Source: a virus
IMG/VR virus record: IMGVR_UViG_3300025770_000656
DNA length: 64,000 nt
Direction: 5' to 3' (one strand)
A model generated the notes under the pieces. The model made no database searches, had not been told where the DNA came from, and saw only the letters and a program-made list of their open reading frames with translations. The position numbers were made by a program, and so were the translations under genes. This document shows, one piece after another, positions 1-9,825 of this stretch (position 1 is the first letter of the stretch; each line of letters opens with the position of its first letter).

Positions 1-29
1 AGACAAAAGTTAGAGGGATAAGTAATTAT

Positions 30-935
30 ATGCGTACAATAGCAGTGTTTAGTACCTGGCATCCAACCGGATATAAAAAGTATGGCAAAGACTTTGTTAA
101 GGGTTTTTTGCAAAACTGGCCCACGGAAGTTAACTTAACAATATATGCTGAAGATCATGAGCCTGAAACATATAATGCAGATAATATTGAAGTATTAGAC
201 CAAGTAGCTACATTGCCTGATTTAAAATCCTGGCAGGCACGGCACAAAGATAACGACTCAGCACATGGATGGAACAAGGATCATACTAAGAAAAGTTTTT
301 TATGGGACGCTAGTCGATTTGCTAACAAAGTCTTTGCCTTATGGCATTTCGCTAAATATACAAAAGCAGATATAATGATCTGGTGTGATGGAGATGTAAG
401 GACCCACACGTCCATGCCTTTCAATTTTTTACAAGATATAGCTCCAAAAGAAGATCAACTCGTAACGTTCTTGGGAAGAAAGACTTGGCCAGAGTGCGGA
501 TGGATGATGTTTAATAGGCATCACCCTGATTTTGATAGTTTTATGGATCAGTGGCGATGGATTTACGAAAGTGACGACATCTTTAATCATGTTGAATATC
601 ACGATAGTTTTATATTTGGCGAACTAGTACAAGACTTTGTTCAGTCAGGAACAGCGGTTAATAATCTTGGTGGCCCTGATCAAGGTGGTCACATTTTTAT
701 TAATACTGCTCTTGGAAAGTACATGGATCATCTTAAAGGGTTCCGTAAGGAAGTAGGCAAAAGCCTGGCTGGAGATCTCACCGGACAATTCAATCATCAC
801 GATAACCCATGGTGGCAAGACGTACGACAAGTCACAAAGGCAGAGATACGTGCAGAAAAAATGAAGAAGCCGCATGAGTATGATGTGGAACAACAACAAA
901 AATCAGGCGGCTTACAAAAAAAATGGAAAGATTAA
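30..935 (+). CDS. Putative glycosyltransferase (GT-A-like)
   Basis: 301 aa ORF with IMIWCDGDV (DxD) motif and ECGWMMFN segment; GATAAGTA late-promoter-like motif at 17-24. Confidence 0.65.
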   Translation: MRTIAVFSTWHPTGYKKYGKDFVKGFLQNWPTEVNLTIYAEDHEPETYNADNIEVLDQVATLPDLKSWQARHKDNDSAHGWNKDHTKKSFLWDASRFANKVFALWHFAKYTKADIMIWCDGDVRTHTSMPFNFLQDIAPKEDQLVTFLGRKTWPECGWMMFNRHHPDFDSFMDQWRWIYESDDIFNHVEYHDSFIFGELVQDFVQSGTAVNNLGGPDQGGHIFINTALGKYMDHLKGFRKEVGKSLAGDLTGQFNHHDNPWWQDVRQVTKAEIRAEKMKKPHEYDVEQQQKSGGLQKKWKD

Positions 936-954
936 ATCAAAGGAATCAATTGAT

Positions 955-2805
955 ATGAGCGCAGAACAAGATAAAGCCAATGCTCAGGCTAGAAAATCAC
1001 AAGAGGAGCAAAAGAAGTCACAAGCGGAGAGTCAAAAGCATCAAGCTGAGTTGCAAGAACAATCCGCTAACCAAAACAAAGCAGCAGCACAGTCTAAGCA
1101 AGAAGCCGCCGCCGCTCAACAAAAACAAGCAGAAGCAGATGCTGCTAAAGCACAAGCTGACCATGATGCAGCCGTTGCAGACGAACAGCAAAAAGCAGAC
1201 GAATATGCAGCGGCCCAAGCACAAGTTGCTCAGTCTGCTGCAATGGTCGAACAAGTTAGTAAACCACAATATACAGTTTCAGTAGGCGCACACGTTGCAA
1301 CTGCGGTTGCTCAACAAGTAGGAAATGACCAAGCAGGAGCAAGTTATGAAGCAGAAGCTCATGCAGGTGCTGAAGCAGGCGCAAGTGCTGGTTATGAAGT
1401 AACTGATCATAGTGTTGCGGCAGGGGCAGAAGTTCATGCTAGCGCAGAAGCAGGGGCAAGCACAAGTGGTGAAGCACATGCTGAACAAGAACTTGCTCCT
1501 GGTCTTACAGCCCACACAAGTGCTGAAGGTACTGCTGAAGCACATGCTAGTGCAGAAGCAGAAGCACACGCTGAAGGCAGTGCGGGCTGGGACGGAAGTG
1601 ATGCAACTGCGGCTGCTGACATTGGAGCAAGCGCAAGTGCAGAAGCTGGTGTAAGCGGAAGTGTTGATGCTGAAGTTGGTCTAGATACACCACTAGGTGA
1701 TGTTAGTGTAGATGCTGGTGCAGACGGTGATGCCAGTGTACACGCAGAAGCATATGCAGAAGCTGGTGCTCATGCAAGTGTAGGTGAACATGGAGTTGAC
1801 GTAGGTGGCGGTGCTATTGCCGGTGCAAACGTTGGCGCCGGTGCAGAAGGATCTGCTCACTTAGGTGGCGCAGAAGTAAGTGCAGGTACAGAAGTAAGTA
1901 TTGGTGCACAGATTGGTGCTCAAGGCTCTGCTCATGCTACATACGAAGATGACACAATCTCTTTTGGTATTGACGGACAGGCAGCATTATTAGTTGGCTT
2001 AGATGTTGATGTAAACGTTGATGTGGATATTGGCCCACTAGTTGACGGTGCTAATGCAATCTTAGATGCAGGCGGAACCATTGATGAAGCAATGGATCAT
2101 GTTACAGATGGAATTGACAAAGCACAAGACGAAGCAATTAAAGTTGCTAAAGAAGCAGAACAAACAGCAAAAGACGTTGCTATAGTTGCAGACAAAGCAT
2201 ACAAAGGTGCTCAGTCAGCAGTTGTGTCAACAGAGCAAGCAGCCAATGATGCCGCTAAAGCATGCACCCAGGCCGCAAACGAAGTTGCACACTGGGGTAA
2301 TGAAGTAGCAAACTGGACAAACCAAGCGTTTAGTGCTAAAAGCGTGGCTAATGCTGCTAGCAGTACTATTAATGCTTGTAATGGAGCGATTAACGATTGT
2401 AATAACGCTATTAATAGTGCAACAAAAGCAATCAATGATGCCGCGGCCGCGGCTCAGAAAGCTGCCGAACAGGCCGCCGCCGCGACAGCTAAAGCCGCTA
2501 AAGATGCTGCAGATTGGTCTAAGAAGGCTGCTAAAGATACTGGCAAAGCGTTTAAGAAAGCGTTTAAGTGGAGTGACAGTAGACTTAAAGCAAATATCGA
2601 GTTTGCTTATGCTCATGAAGATATGAACGTATATACATACAACTATATCTGGAGTAAAGAACTTGAAAAAGGTGTAATAGCCCAAGAATTACTTGAAACA
2701 AAATATGCTGATGCAGTAGAAATGCATGAGTCAGGATATTATCAAGTAGACTATAATAGGTTACCACCACTTGAAGAAGCTACTACCTCTATTATAGAGG
2801 CATAA
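955..2805 (+). CDS. Ala/Gly-rich fibre-like protein with C-terminal peptidase S74 (intramolecular chaperone) domain
   Basis: C-terminal SDSRLKANI...GVIAQEL...YYQVDYNRL matches the S74 autocleaving chaperone pattern; coiled-coil segments flank an A/G/E/S/V-rich core. Start placed at ATG 955 after AGGA; the ORF track starts at 874 inside the upstream gene. Confidence 0.65.
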   Translation: MSAEQDKANAQARKSQEEQKKSQAESQKHQAELQEQSANQNKAAAQSKQEAAAAQQKQAEADAAKAQADHDAAVADEQQKADEYAAAQAQVAQSAAMVEQVSKPQYTVSVGAHVATAVAQQVGNDQAGASYEAEAHAGAEAGASAGYEVTDHSVAAGAEVHASAEAGASTSGEAHAEQELAPGLTAHTSAEGTAEAHASAEAEAHAEGSAGWDGSDATAAADIGASASAEAGVSGSVDAEVGLDTPLGDVSVDAGADGDASVHAEAYAEAGAHASVGEHGVDVGGGAIAGANVGAGAEGSAHLGGAEVSAGTEVSIGAQIGAQGSAHATYEDDTISFGIDGQAALLVGLDVDVNVDVDIGPLVDGANAILDAGGTIDEAMDHVTDGIDKAQDEAIKVAKEAEQTAKDVAIVADKAYKGAQSAVVSTEQAANDAAKACTQAANEVAHWGNEVANWTNQAFSAKSVANAASSTINACNGAINDCNNAINSATKAINDAAAAAQKAAEQAAAATAKAAKDAADWSKKAAKDTGKAFKKAFKWSDSRLKANIEFAYAHEDMNVYTYNYIWSKELEKGVIAQELLETKYADAVEMHESGYYQVDYNRLPPLEEATTSIIEA

Positions 2806-3378
2806 GTGCAAAAGGTAGACTTATATCGAGTACAGTATTTGACTGGGTGTTTTCAAAAAGTAAACACCCAGTCGATTGCTCTAAAGGTATTAAAAAAATA
2901 TTACGCTAAAAAAAATATGAGTGACAGCGTTCACAGTATTCGTCATGAAGACATTAGAATAGATTTTGATAGCGAAATACAGGATCTAGGCCAACTACAG
3001 ATAAACGCATGGAAAAATGCATATGGTGATGACATTGAATGGTGCTGGGATAGTACTATGACAGAAGACGATCCAAATACAGCAGCCTGGGCAGTAGTTC
3101 ATGGAAAAGGAGAATCAACTAACTTACATTCCCATGAAACAGAAGACAACTACTCTGGCGGAGCTCATGTAAGTAGTGCGTTTTGGGTACAATGCCCGCC
3201 AGACAGTGGAGACTTTGTCTTTCAATATAAAACTAACCCTTATAATACTGAACAGCATGAAATTACACCTAAAGTTGGCCATTTCGCTATGTTTGACAGT
3301 ACCCTTCCACATTATGTTACTAAAAACTTTACAGACCAATTACGTATTGTTATTAGTATGAATTTTAAACTGGTATAA
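2806..3378 (+). CDS. 2OG-Fe(II) oxygenase family protein
   Basis: LHSH...SSAFWVQCP...FDSTLPHYV...RIVISMNF, typical of small phage 2OG oxygenases; GTG start uncertain. Confidence 0.8.
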   Translation: MQKVDLYRVQYLTGCFQKVNTQSIALKVLKKYYAKKNMSDSVHSIRHEDIRIDFDSEIQDLGQLQINAWKNAYGDDIEWCWDSTMTEDDPNTAAWAVVHGKGESTNLHSHETEDNYSGGAHVSSAFWVQCPPDSGDFVFQYKTNPYNTEQHEITPKVGHFAMFDSTLPHYVTKNFTDQLRIVISMNFKLV

Positions 3379-3386
3379 TATACGCA

Positions 3387-3394
3387 TATAAATA
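3387..3394 (+). promoter_or_regulatory. T4-type late promoter TATAAATA (representative of a dispersed set)
   Basis: Intergenic NATAAATA/NTAAATA/GATAAGTA copies just upstream of genes at 17, 3387, 16501, 18283, 24973, 31246, 41154, 43360, 44815, 46071, 46954, 48940, 53338, 59982, 62210 (+) and at 22101-22108 and 41135-41142 (-). Confidence 0.75.
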
Positions 3395-3469
3395 AAGCTA
3401 TAGATAAGGTGATTCAATTAATGGTTATTGATTCACTGACCATTCTGGAAAAAATGTAAGGAAGTTTAC

Positions 3470-4240
3470 ATGGAAAATATAAGCGTACTGCAAAATCTTC
3501 ATACTGTCTTTAATCATCCTTATCCTCATATTTGTATTGAGGATGCGTTGCCTGATAGTGTGTATGATGAATTAGAGGACACTTTTCCAGAAGAATTAGT
3601 TACTAGTACACAACCACACGACAATGGGATATGTTATAGATATAAAGCAAACCCTGCGCTAGTGGATAAAGTAATCCCACAAATTTGGCAAGACTTTTTT
3701 GAGTATCACACAAGCAAAGAGTATTTCTTACAATGCATTAATGCTTTTGAACCGCATATTGAAAAAAGATATCCAGACTTATTAGAAAAGTTGTATGCTG
3801 GCACTGTAGCTATACGTGATGTTGATAAAGATGGAGACTACGTAACTGATTGTCAGTTTGTAGTACATGAGCCTGTGGATCAAACAGGAACTAGTCGAAC
3901 TCCACACGTTGATAATCCAGTGGAAATATATGCTGGACTATTATATATGCGTAAACCCGGAGATGAAAGTGCTGGTGGTAACTTTACTATCCATGAATGT
4001 ACTGGAGAAATTGTTCAAGTAAACAAAACACTGGGCAGACAGGTAGACGATAATTTACATACTCCAATTAAACAAGTACCATACAAGCGTAATACATTTT
4101 GTATGTTCTTAAATGTGCTAGAAAGTGTGCATAGTGTTACGCCACGTATTAATCCTGAGCATCGTAGACATAGTATTAACATTATTGGAGAGTTTAACGG
4201 CACTGGTAAGATGTGGAAAGTTAAAGAAATTAAAAGTTAA
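3470..4240 (+). CDS. 2OG-Fe(II) oxygenase family protein
   Basis: PHVD (HxD)...SVHSVTPR...RHSINII facial-triad pattern. Confidence 0.75.
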   Translation: MENISVLQNLHTVFNHPYPHICIEDALPDSVYDELEDTFPEELVTSTQPHDNGICYRYKANPALVDKVIPQIWQDFFEYHTSKEYFLQCINAFEPHIEKRYPDLLEKLYAGTVAIRDVDKDGDYVTDCQFVVHEPVDQTGTSRTPHVDNPVEIYAGLLYMRKPGDESAGGNFTIHECTGEIVQVNKTLGRQVDDNLHTPIKQVPYKRNTFCMFLNVLESVHSVTPRINPEHRRHSINIIGEFNGTGKMWKVKEIKS

Positions 4241-5463
4241 TGAAAGACAACAGATATGCTATTGGTAAAAGCAGTGGTGTTTTCATCAATGAAGATTCTG
4301 TTGTTAAGATATTTAATATTCGAAACAAAGGTATTAAAGCTGCTCGCGGAAGTTATGAGTTATGTTGGCTTAGGGAAGTAGAATGTTTAACTAGACTGGA
4401 AGGGCAAAGACACTTTCCGCAGATCCTAGAACATCACAAAGATCATCTTGGTCTTAGAATGACAACTGTTGGCGAAAGTTTATTTGACACCTGGCAGGAA
4501 CATAACTTAAAATTGTATATCGATCAAGCACATACTATTGCAGACTCGCTTGAAGCAGCAAATATACAATACTTTTACCCAGGTATGGATCCTGCAAGTA
4601 AAACAAAACAGTACACGAAGTTTCCATTAAGTAACTTCTGTATTGAAGATGGAGAAATAAGTTTAATAGATTACGAGTTAGCAAACCCAGTTGGTGGTAA
4701 ATCTGAACCACAAATGAGTGATAGACTCAGATATCTATACGATAATTATAATAAAGACCATTTTAGGCAATCACTGATTAACGCCTTGGAAAATCCGCAG
4801 GAGTGTTATCAGTCTGAATTAATGGCGAAGTTGGTTAACAAGGATAAGTTTCCTATGTTAGCATCAAAGAACCCTAGAGAGGTATGGAAGTCAATGACAG
4901 CATTTACACAACCCAGCAAAAAAATTGTTAAAGAATGGAAAAGTTATCAGAAACGGTATGGTATGGATGATGCAACTGATCGTGTTGAACGTATGAAGCT
5001 CAGTGAAGTATGCAAGCCTGGAGATAAGTTGCTCGACATCGGCTGTAATGATGGTTACATTACTATGTTAGTTGCTCCAATGGTTGCAAGTGCAACTGGA
5101 GTTGAACCACATGTAGAGTTGCCTAAAACAAAACCCAGTAATGTTAAATGGATAAAATCAACATTTAACGAGTTCTTGGAGGACACATACAAGCAATATG
5201 ATGTACTATTAAGCCTGGCAGTTAGCATTCAGTTACGTGATTTTGGCGGACTTACTGAACAAGAAATTGTAGATGGATATGCTAGTCTATTAGTACCTGG
5301 TGGCATTGTTGTACACGAAACGCAGAAACTCCATGAACGGCCAAATAATCAGAAACATACTGCTAACATGCTGGATGCATTTGCTACTAAGTTTGAGCAA
5401 ATTGATCACGGTAACGCAAGACCCAGCGGAGGTCGCGAGTACTATCATTTTAGGAAAAAGTAA
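4240..5463 (+). CDS. Kinase-like domain fused to class I SAM-dependent methyltransferase
   Basis: N-terminal VVKIF...REVECL...FPQIL...LIDYE (kinase-like, non-canonical catalytic loop); C-terminal LLDIGCNDG, YDVLLSLAV, LVPGGIVV. Confidence 0.65.
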   Translation: MKDNRYAIGKSSGVFINEDSVVKIFNIRNKGIKAARGSYELCWLREVECLTRLEGQRHFPQILEHHKDHLGLRMTTVGESLFDTWQEHNLKLYIDQAHTIADSLEAANIQYFYPGMDPASKTKQYTKFPLSNFCIEDGEISLIDYELANPVGGKSEPQMSDRLRYLYDNYNKDHFRQSLINALENPQECYQSELMAKLVNKDKFPMLASKNPREVWKSMTAFTQPSKKIVKEWKSYQKRYGMDDATDRVERMKLSEVCKPGDKLLDIGCNDGYITMLVAPMVASATGVEPHVELPKTKPSNVKWIKSTFNEFLEDTYKQYDVLLSLAVSIQLRDFGGLTEQEIVDGYASLLVPGGIVVHETQKLHERPNNQKHTANMLDAFATKFEQIDHGNARPSGGREYYHFRKK

Positions 5464-6276
5464 ATGGCCTTTAACAATATTATGCAGTTGGCAACTGCTC
5501 ACATTACTGAACATTTACAACCTAACCCTACTGTAGTAGAGTGGGGAAATCAAAGATTTAGGTACAGTAAAAAATGGACAGACAAGTGCAGTAAAGTTGC
5601 AGGAAAACCTATCCGTGAACCAGTGCAGTATGTTTGGGAATACTTTGAAGATCTAGGGTTTAGTGACTATTTGTCAATTGACATTAATACTGAGTTACGT
5701 AGTATTGCAATGGACCTAAATTTTATACTTAAAGACAAGTATAAGTACACGCAACAATTCGATTTAGTAACTAATAACGGCACTGGAGAACATATCTTTG
5801 ATCAAAGAACTGTATTTGAAAACATGCACAATTTATGCAAGGTTGGTGGGGTTATGCTATGTGTATTGCCACTTGCTCCCTGGTTTAATCATGGCTTTTA
5901 TAATTATCATCCTCAGTTATTCCGTGACATAGCCGCGGCAAACGGGTATAAATGGGTTAACTTCTGGTTAGCACAAAACACCGGCAAGTATATAGAAGCA
6001 CCAGTAGACATGGAAAGCTGGGGGTTTTATGAACAAAAGAAGCCACGCACACCGCTCAGTGAATTAGAAAAAGCCTATGACGATTTACATGAACGTGATG
6101 CTGGCAAGCCACATAATATCAGTATAGTGTCAGCCTATATGAAAACAAAAGACGAACCATTTAATATCCCAATGCAAGGACGTTATGTTAATGATGTAGT
6201 AGCTGAACTAAAGACAGAATACAGTGACAACAACGTTGATGTAAGACAAAAGGATCACACCAGCGCAACTTACTAG
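5464..6276 (+). CDS. Putative SAM-dependent methyltransferase
   Basis: FDLVTNNGTGEHIFDQRTVFENMHNLCKVGGVML resembles class I MTase motifs. Confidence 0.6.
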   Translation: MAFNNIMQLATAHITEHLQPNPTVVEWGNQRFRYSKKWTDKCSKVAGKPIREPVQYVWEYFEDLGFSDYLSIDINTELRSIAMDLNFILKDKYKYTQQFDLVTNNGTGEHIFDQRTVFENMHNLCKVGGVMLCVLPLAPWFNHGFYNYHPQLFRDIAAANGYKWVNFWLAQNTGKYIEAPVDMESWGFYEQKKPRTPLSELEKAYDDLHERDAGKPHNISIVSAYMKTKDEPFNIPMQGRYVNDVVAELKTEYSDNNVDVRQKDHTSATY

Positions 6277-6287
6277 TAAATAGATAC

Positions 6288-7895
6288 ATGAAACCAAAAA
6301 TACTGCTGGTATACCCAAATCTTCCACTAATGATGTCACCAGCAATGAGCATGGCAATAATAAATGCCATTGGTAAACGTGAAGGTTGTGAAGTAGAAAT
6401 ATTTGAAACTACACAATACAGTAGTGAATTTAGTAACAAGCACATTAGGCAAAGTGAAATCGGTGCCGTTAGAGCCAACAAAGACGATGAAGTCAAAGAC
6501 ATGTTTTATGTTGCTGACCCAAGTCAAATTATTCCAGATTTTTTAGCGCATGTAAACAAGTTTAAACCTGACATCATCATGATGAGTGTCCAGGAAGACG
6601 TTTATCGCATGGGCTTGCAACTACTAGAAAGTATTAAACATTTAAACATACCAAATGTACTTGGTGGTGTATTAGTTATGAGTGATCCCATGCTAGTAGT
6701 ATCCAACCCACTGGTACATCAGGTTTGTGTATACGAAGGCGAACGTGTAGTATTAGACATTATTAACTGTCTTAAAGCCGGAAAACGTATCAAAAACGTA
6801 AAAGGTACCTGGTACAAAGAACGTGACACATTTGCTATATATAAAAATCCACCACAGCCATTAACTGACATTACAGAAGTTATACCAGACTATACATGCT
6901 TTGACGTTAAACGCTGGAACAGGCCCATGGGCGGCAGAACATTTAATGCCGCAGTCAGCATGGAAACTTATCGCGGGTGTCCATATAATTGTACATACTG
7001 CAATTCACCTAATACTCGCAACATTGCAAATGTATTTGATGTTGGTAATTTTATTAGGCGAAAAGATGCCAGCGTAGTGGAATCTGAGTTACTTGAGTTT
7101 AAAGAATTATATGATCCAGACTTAATTATGATACAGGACGACAGTTTCCTTGCACGACCAGCAAAAGAGATATATGCATTTTGTGAGATGTGGAGCAAGT
7201 ATAAGATTCCATTTTGGATGAATACACGTATTGAAAACTGTAGACCAGAGTATTTGGAAGCTCTTAAAGAGGCTGGCATATATCGTATTAGTTTGGGTAT
7301 TGAAAGTGGTAATGCAGAGTACAGAGAAAACGTACTCTTGCGTAAAGTAAAAAACGAGAAGTATCAGCAATTTTTATCACATATTAATGACAGCAATATA
7401 CCATATGGGTTAAACGTTATTGTTGGTATGCCATATGAAACTCGCGATATGATAATGGAAACTGCTAGAATGGTTCGTGATGCTAGAGGATATGATGGCA
7501 TTAACATTAGTATCTTCCAACCTTATAGAGGAACTAAACTCAGACAAATAGCAGTAGACGCTGGCTTTATGGATCCGGATCATATTAATGGTTGGGACAG
7601 TGGAGAGATAGGTGGTGGATTTATGGACAAGTGGGCATTAACAATGCCTGAACCTTATATACAGGAAGCGGATCTTAAAGGAATAATTAAAACATTTGCA
7701 CTATATTCTTTTTATGGTGATGAACACTGGCCACGTATACGTGAAGCTGAAACTAATGATGATTTAAGACAATGGTATATGCGAGATTATACAGCAAAGT
7801 TCTTTGATCCTCTGCAACAAGGAGGCGCAGATCGTATACAAAAGTTTTGTGCAATGCACGACCATTCCAGTACCTATCAGTGGGTAGAAGCATGA
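6288..7895 (+). CDS. B12-binding-domain radical SAM protein (class B methyltransferase-like)
   Basis: N-terminal flavodoxin-like region (KILLVYPN...PDIIMMS...VLGG) followed by RGCPYNCTYC, DDSF, GIESG, NVIVGMPYET. Confidence 0.85.
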   Translation: MKPKILLVYPNLPLMMSPAMSMAIINAIGKREGCEVEIFETTQYSSEFSNKHIRQSEIGAVRANKDDEVKDMFYVADPSQIIPDFLAHVNKFKPDIIMMSVQEDVYRMGLQLLESIKHLNIPNVLGGVLVMSDPMLVVSNPLVHQVCVYEGERVVLDIINCLKAGKRIKNVKGTWYKERDTFAIYKNPPQPLTDITEVIPDYTCFDVKRWNRPMGGRTFNAAVSMETYRGCPYNCTYCNSPNTRNIANVFDVGNFIRRKDASVVESELLEFKELYDPDLIMIQDDSFLARPAKEIYAFCEMWSKYKIPFWMNTRIENCRPEYLEALKEAGIYRISLGIESGNAEYRENVLLRKVKNEKYQQFLSHINDSNIPYGLNVIVGMPYETRDMIMETARMVRDARGYDGINISIFQPYRGTKLRQIAVDAGFMDPDHINGWDSGEIGGGFMDKWALTMPEPYIQEADLKGIIKTFALYSFYGDEHWPRIREAETNDDLRQWYMRDYTAKFFDPLQQGGADRIQKFCAMHDHSSTYQWVEA

Positions 7896-8818
7896 AAGTA
7901 TTAGCATTTAGGCATCAATTTCAGGGCGCATTAGCAAATATGCAGTTTAGTCATCCAGAGATAGAGATAGTAGATTGGTTCGACAATCCATATCCAGAAG
8001 CAGATCATTACATTACATGTAACATATATTGCGACAAGTTTAGAGAAGACCCAGTATTTTCTTTTGTTGAGATGAGTAACAAACCTTATATGATATTCGA
8101 GACCGCAGTGTTTAAAAGACAAGCACGTACAGGGGATTGGCTGGATTGGCACTGGCGTTTAGGTTGGTGGCACTTGCTTGCACCTGGAAAGTTTAATAAT
8201 AGGAACTCACCTCCTGACAGATGGTTAGCACTTAAACAAAGACAAAAACTAGAAGTACTTCCCTGGCGTAAACAAGGGAAACATATACTAATACCATTGC
8301 AAAAGAATAATGATAGTGTAGTACAAACTATGATGGACAGATATGGAAGTATGCGTAACTGGCTTAATCACACAATACAAGATATACGTAAGTACAGTGA
8401 TCGTCCTATACTAATACGTCCCAGCGCAAAAACAAACCCATTAAGCTGGGCAGATGCTGAGAGGCTTCCGAATGTAAGTATAAGTACTACTTATAAAGAC
8501 AACCCAAGCACAGACGGAACGAAGTTTACAAAAAACATAGAGGGCGGGCCGGGATTATTGACAGAGCTAGCAGACGCATGGGCAGTAGTTGGATATAACA
8601 CCAGCACGTTGTTTGAGAGTATTACAGATGGCATACCCACAGTAAGTTTAGATCCAGACGCACTTACTGGGCCCTGTAGTATCCCTATAGAACTAATAGA
8701 AGATCCTCCCATGGATATAGAACGTGAACAATGGTTATATAATATGGCATATATTAGCTGGAGTATGGATGAAATACAACGTGGTGTTGCATGGGAACAC
8801 CTAAAGGGAAAGTACTAA
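7892..8818 (+). CDS. Capsule-synthesis-like (GT-B type) protein, paralog 1
   Basis: IRPS..K, AWAVVGYNTSTLFESITDGIP and REQWLYNMAY, shared with 10496 and 11308; start at ATGA overlap 7892. Confidence 0.5.
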   Translation: MKVLAFRHQFQGALANMQFSHPEIEIVDWFDNPYPEADHYITCNIYCDKFREDPVFSFVEMSNKPYMIFETAVFKRQARTGDWLDWHWRLGWWHLLAPGKFNNRNSPPDRWLALKQRQKLEVLPWRKQGKHILIPLQKNNDSVVQTMMDRYGSMRNWLNHTIQDIRKYSDRPILIRPSAKTNPLSWADAERLPNVSISTTYKDNPSTDGTKFTKNIEGGPGLLTELADAWAVVGYNTSTLFESITDGIPTVSLDPDALTGPCSIPIELIEDPPMDIEREQWLYNMAYISWSMDEIQRGVAWEHLKGKY

Positions 8819-9774
8819 TGCAGGAGATAGACAGGGCAGTTATAGAGATAAATGGCGGATGTAATTATACCTGTCAGATGTGTCCGCAAACTAATCCTGA
8901 CGGCTCAACAGGTGCTAGAGGAAAACCCTGGCTTAAAAAAATGCCAATCACTATGTTTGAAGATGCAGTTGCACAATGTGTTGAAGCAGGATTGGGCGTT
9001 GTTAATTTAGACGGCAGCGGAGAGGCAACCTTAAACAGAAACATGGCAGAGTATATTGCTATTGTAAAAAAATACGATGTTAAGTGTTTTATTTTTAGCA
9101 ATGGATACCGTATGCATGGACAATTTATGGAGGAATGTGTAGATGCTGGCTTAGACTTTTACAGGTTTAGTATCATTGGTTATAATAAAGAAACATACAA
9201 GACTTGGATGAACGTTGATAACTTTGATAAGGTCATTGAAAACTTACACGCTATGATGGACTATAGCAAAGGAACTAACTGCCAAGTAGCCACTTATCAT
9301 TTAATATTAGATAACGATAACATAGACTATGAAACAGAACAATACCGTAAAATAGTAGATGCCGCTGGATGTAGTACTGAGATATGGAAAATGCATAACT
9401 GGAGTGGCGTATATGATCCTGATTACTCTAGAGAAGGCAGAATCAAAACATGCGGAAGACCATTTAGTCCGGACATTGTAATACGTGCAGGTGGCAATGA
9501 TGGCAAAACAGGTGCAGTTCATCCGTGTTGTCAGGTATTAGGCAATGACAGTGCCGCAGTACTAGGACATTTTAGTGAAATGACTGTACAAGAAATTATG
9601 ACAGGCGATTTATACGAAGAGCTTAGAGAACAACACCGCACAGGTAACTATCCAGATTTTTGTAAAACCTGTGACTTCTTAATTGATGATCCAGAAACCA
9701 TGGTATACACTAACAGCGGCCGTAGCGAAATGCACATGAACGGAACTAAGTTTAGTCTTAATGATTACAGATAA
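8818..9774 (+). CDS. Radical SAM protein with SPASM/twitch domain
   Basis: CNYTCQMC, GSGEATL, FSNG; C-terminal CGRPF...VHPCC...CKTC. Confidence 0.85.
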   Translation: MQEIDRAVIEINGGCNYTCQMCPQTNPDGSTGARGKPWLKKMPITMFEDAVAQCVEAGLGVVNLDGSGEATLNRNMAEYIAIVKKYDVKCFIFSNGYRMHGQFMEECVDAGLDFYRFSIIGYNKETYKTWMNVDNFDKVIENLHAMMDYSKGTNCQVATYHLILDNDNIDYETEQYRKIVDAAGCSTEIWKMHNWSGVYDPDYSREGRIKTCGRPFSPDIVIRAGGNDGKTGAVHPCCQVLGNDSAAVLGHFSEMTVQEIMTGDLYEELREQHRTGNYPDFCKTCDFLIDDPETMVYTNSGRSEMHMNGTKFSLNDYR

Positions 9775-9825
9775 TGTTTGCAGTTTGTAAATTTTAATGT
9801 ATAATAAAAGTGGATAAGATATATC

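Noticed and set aside
874-954. N-terminal extension of the 643-aa ORF
   Set aside because: Overlaps the upstream gene by 62 nt; ATG 955 has a better SD
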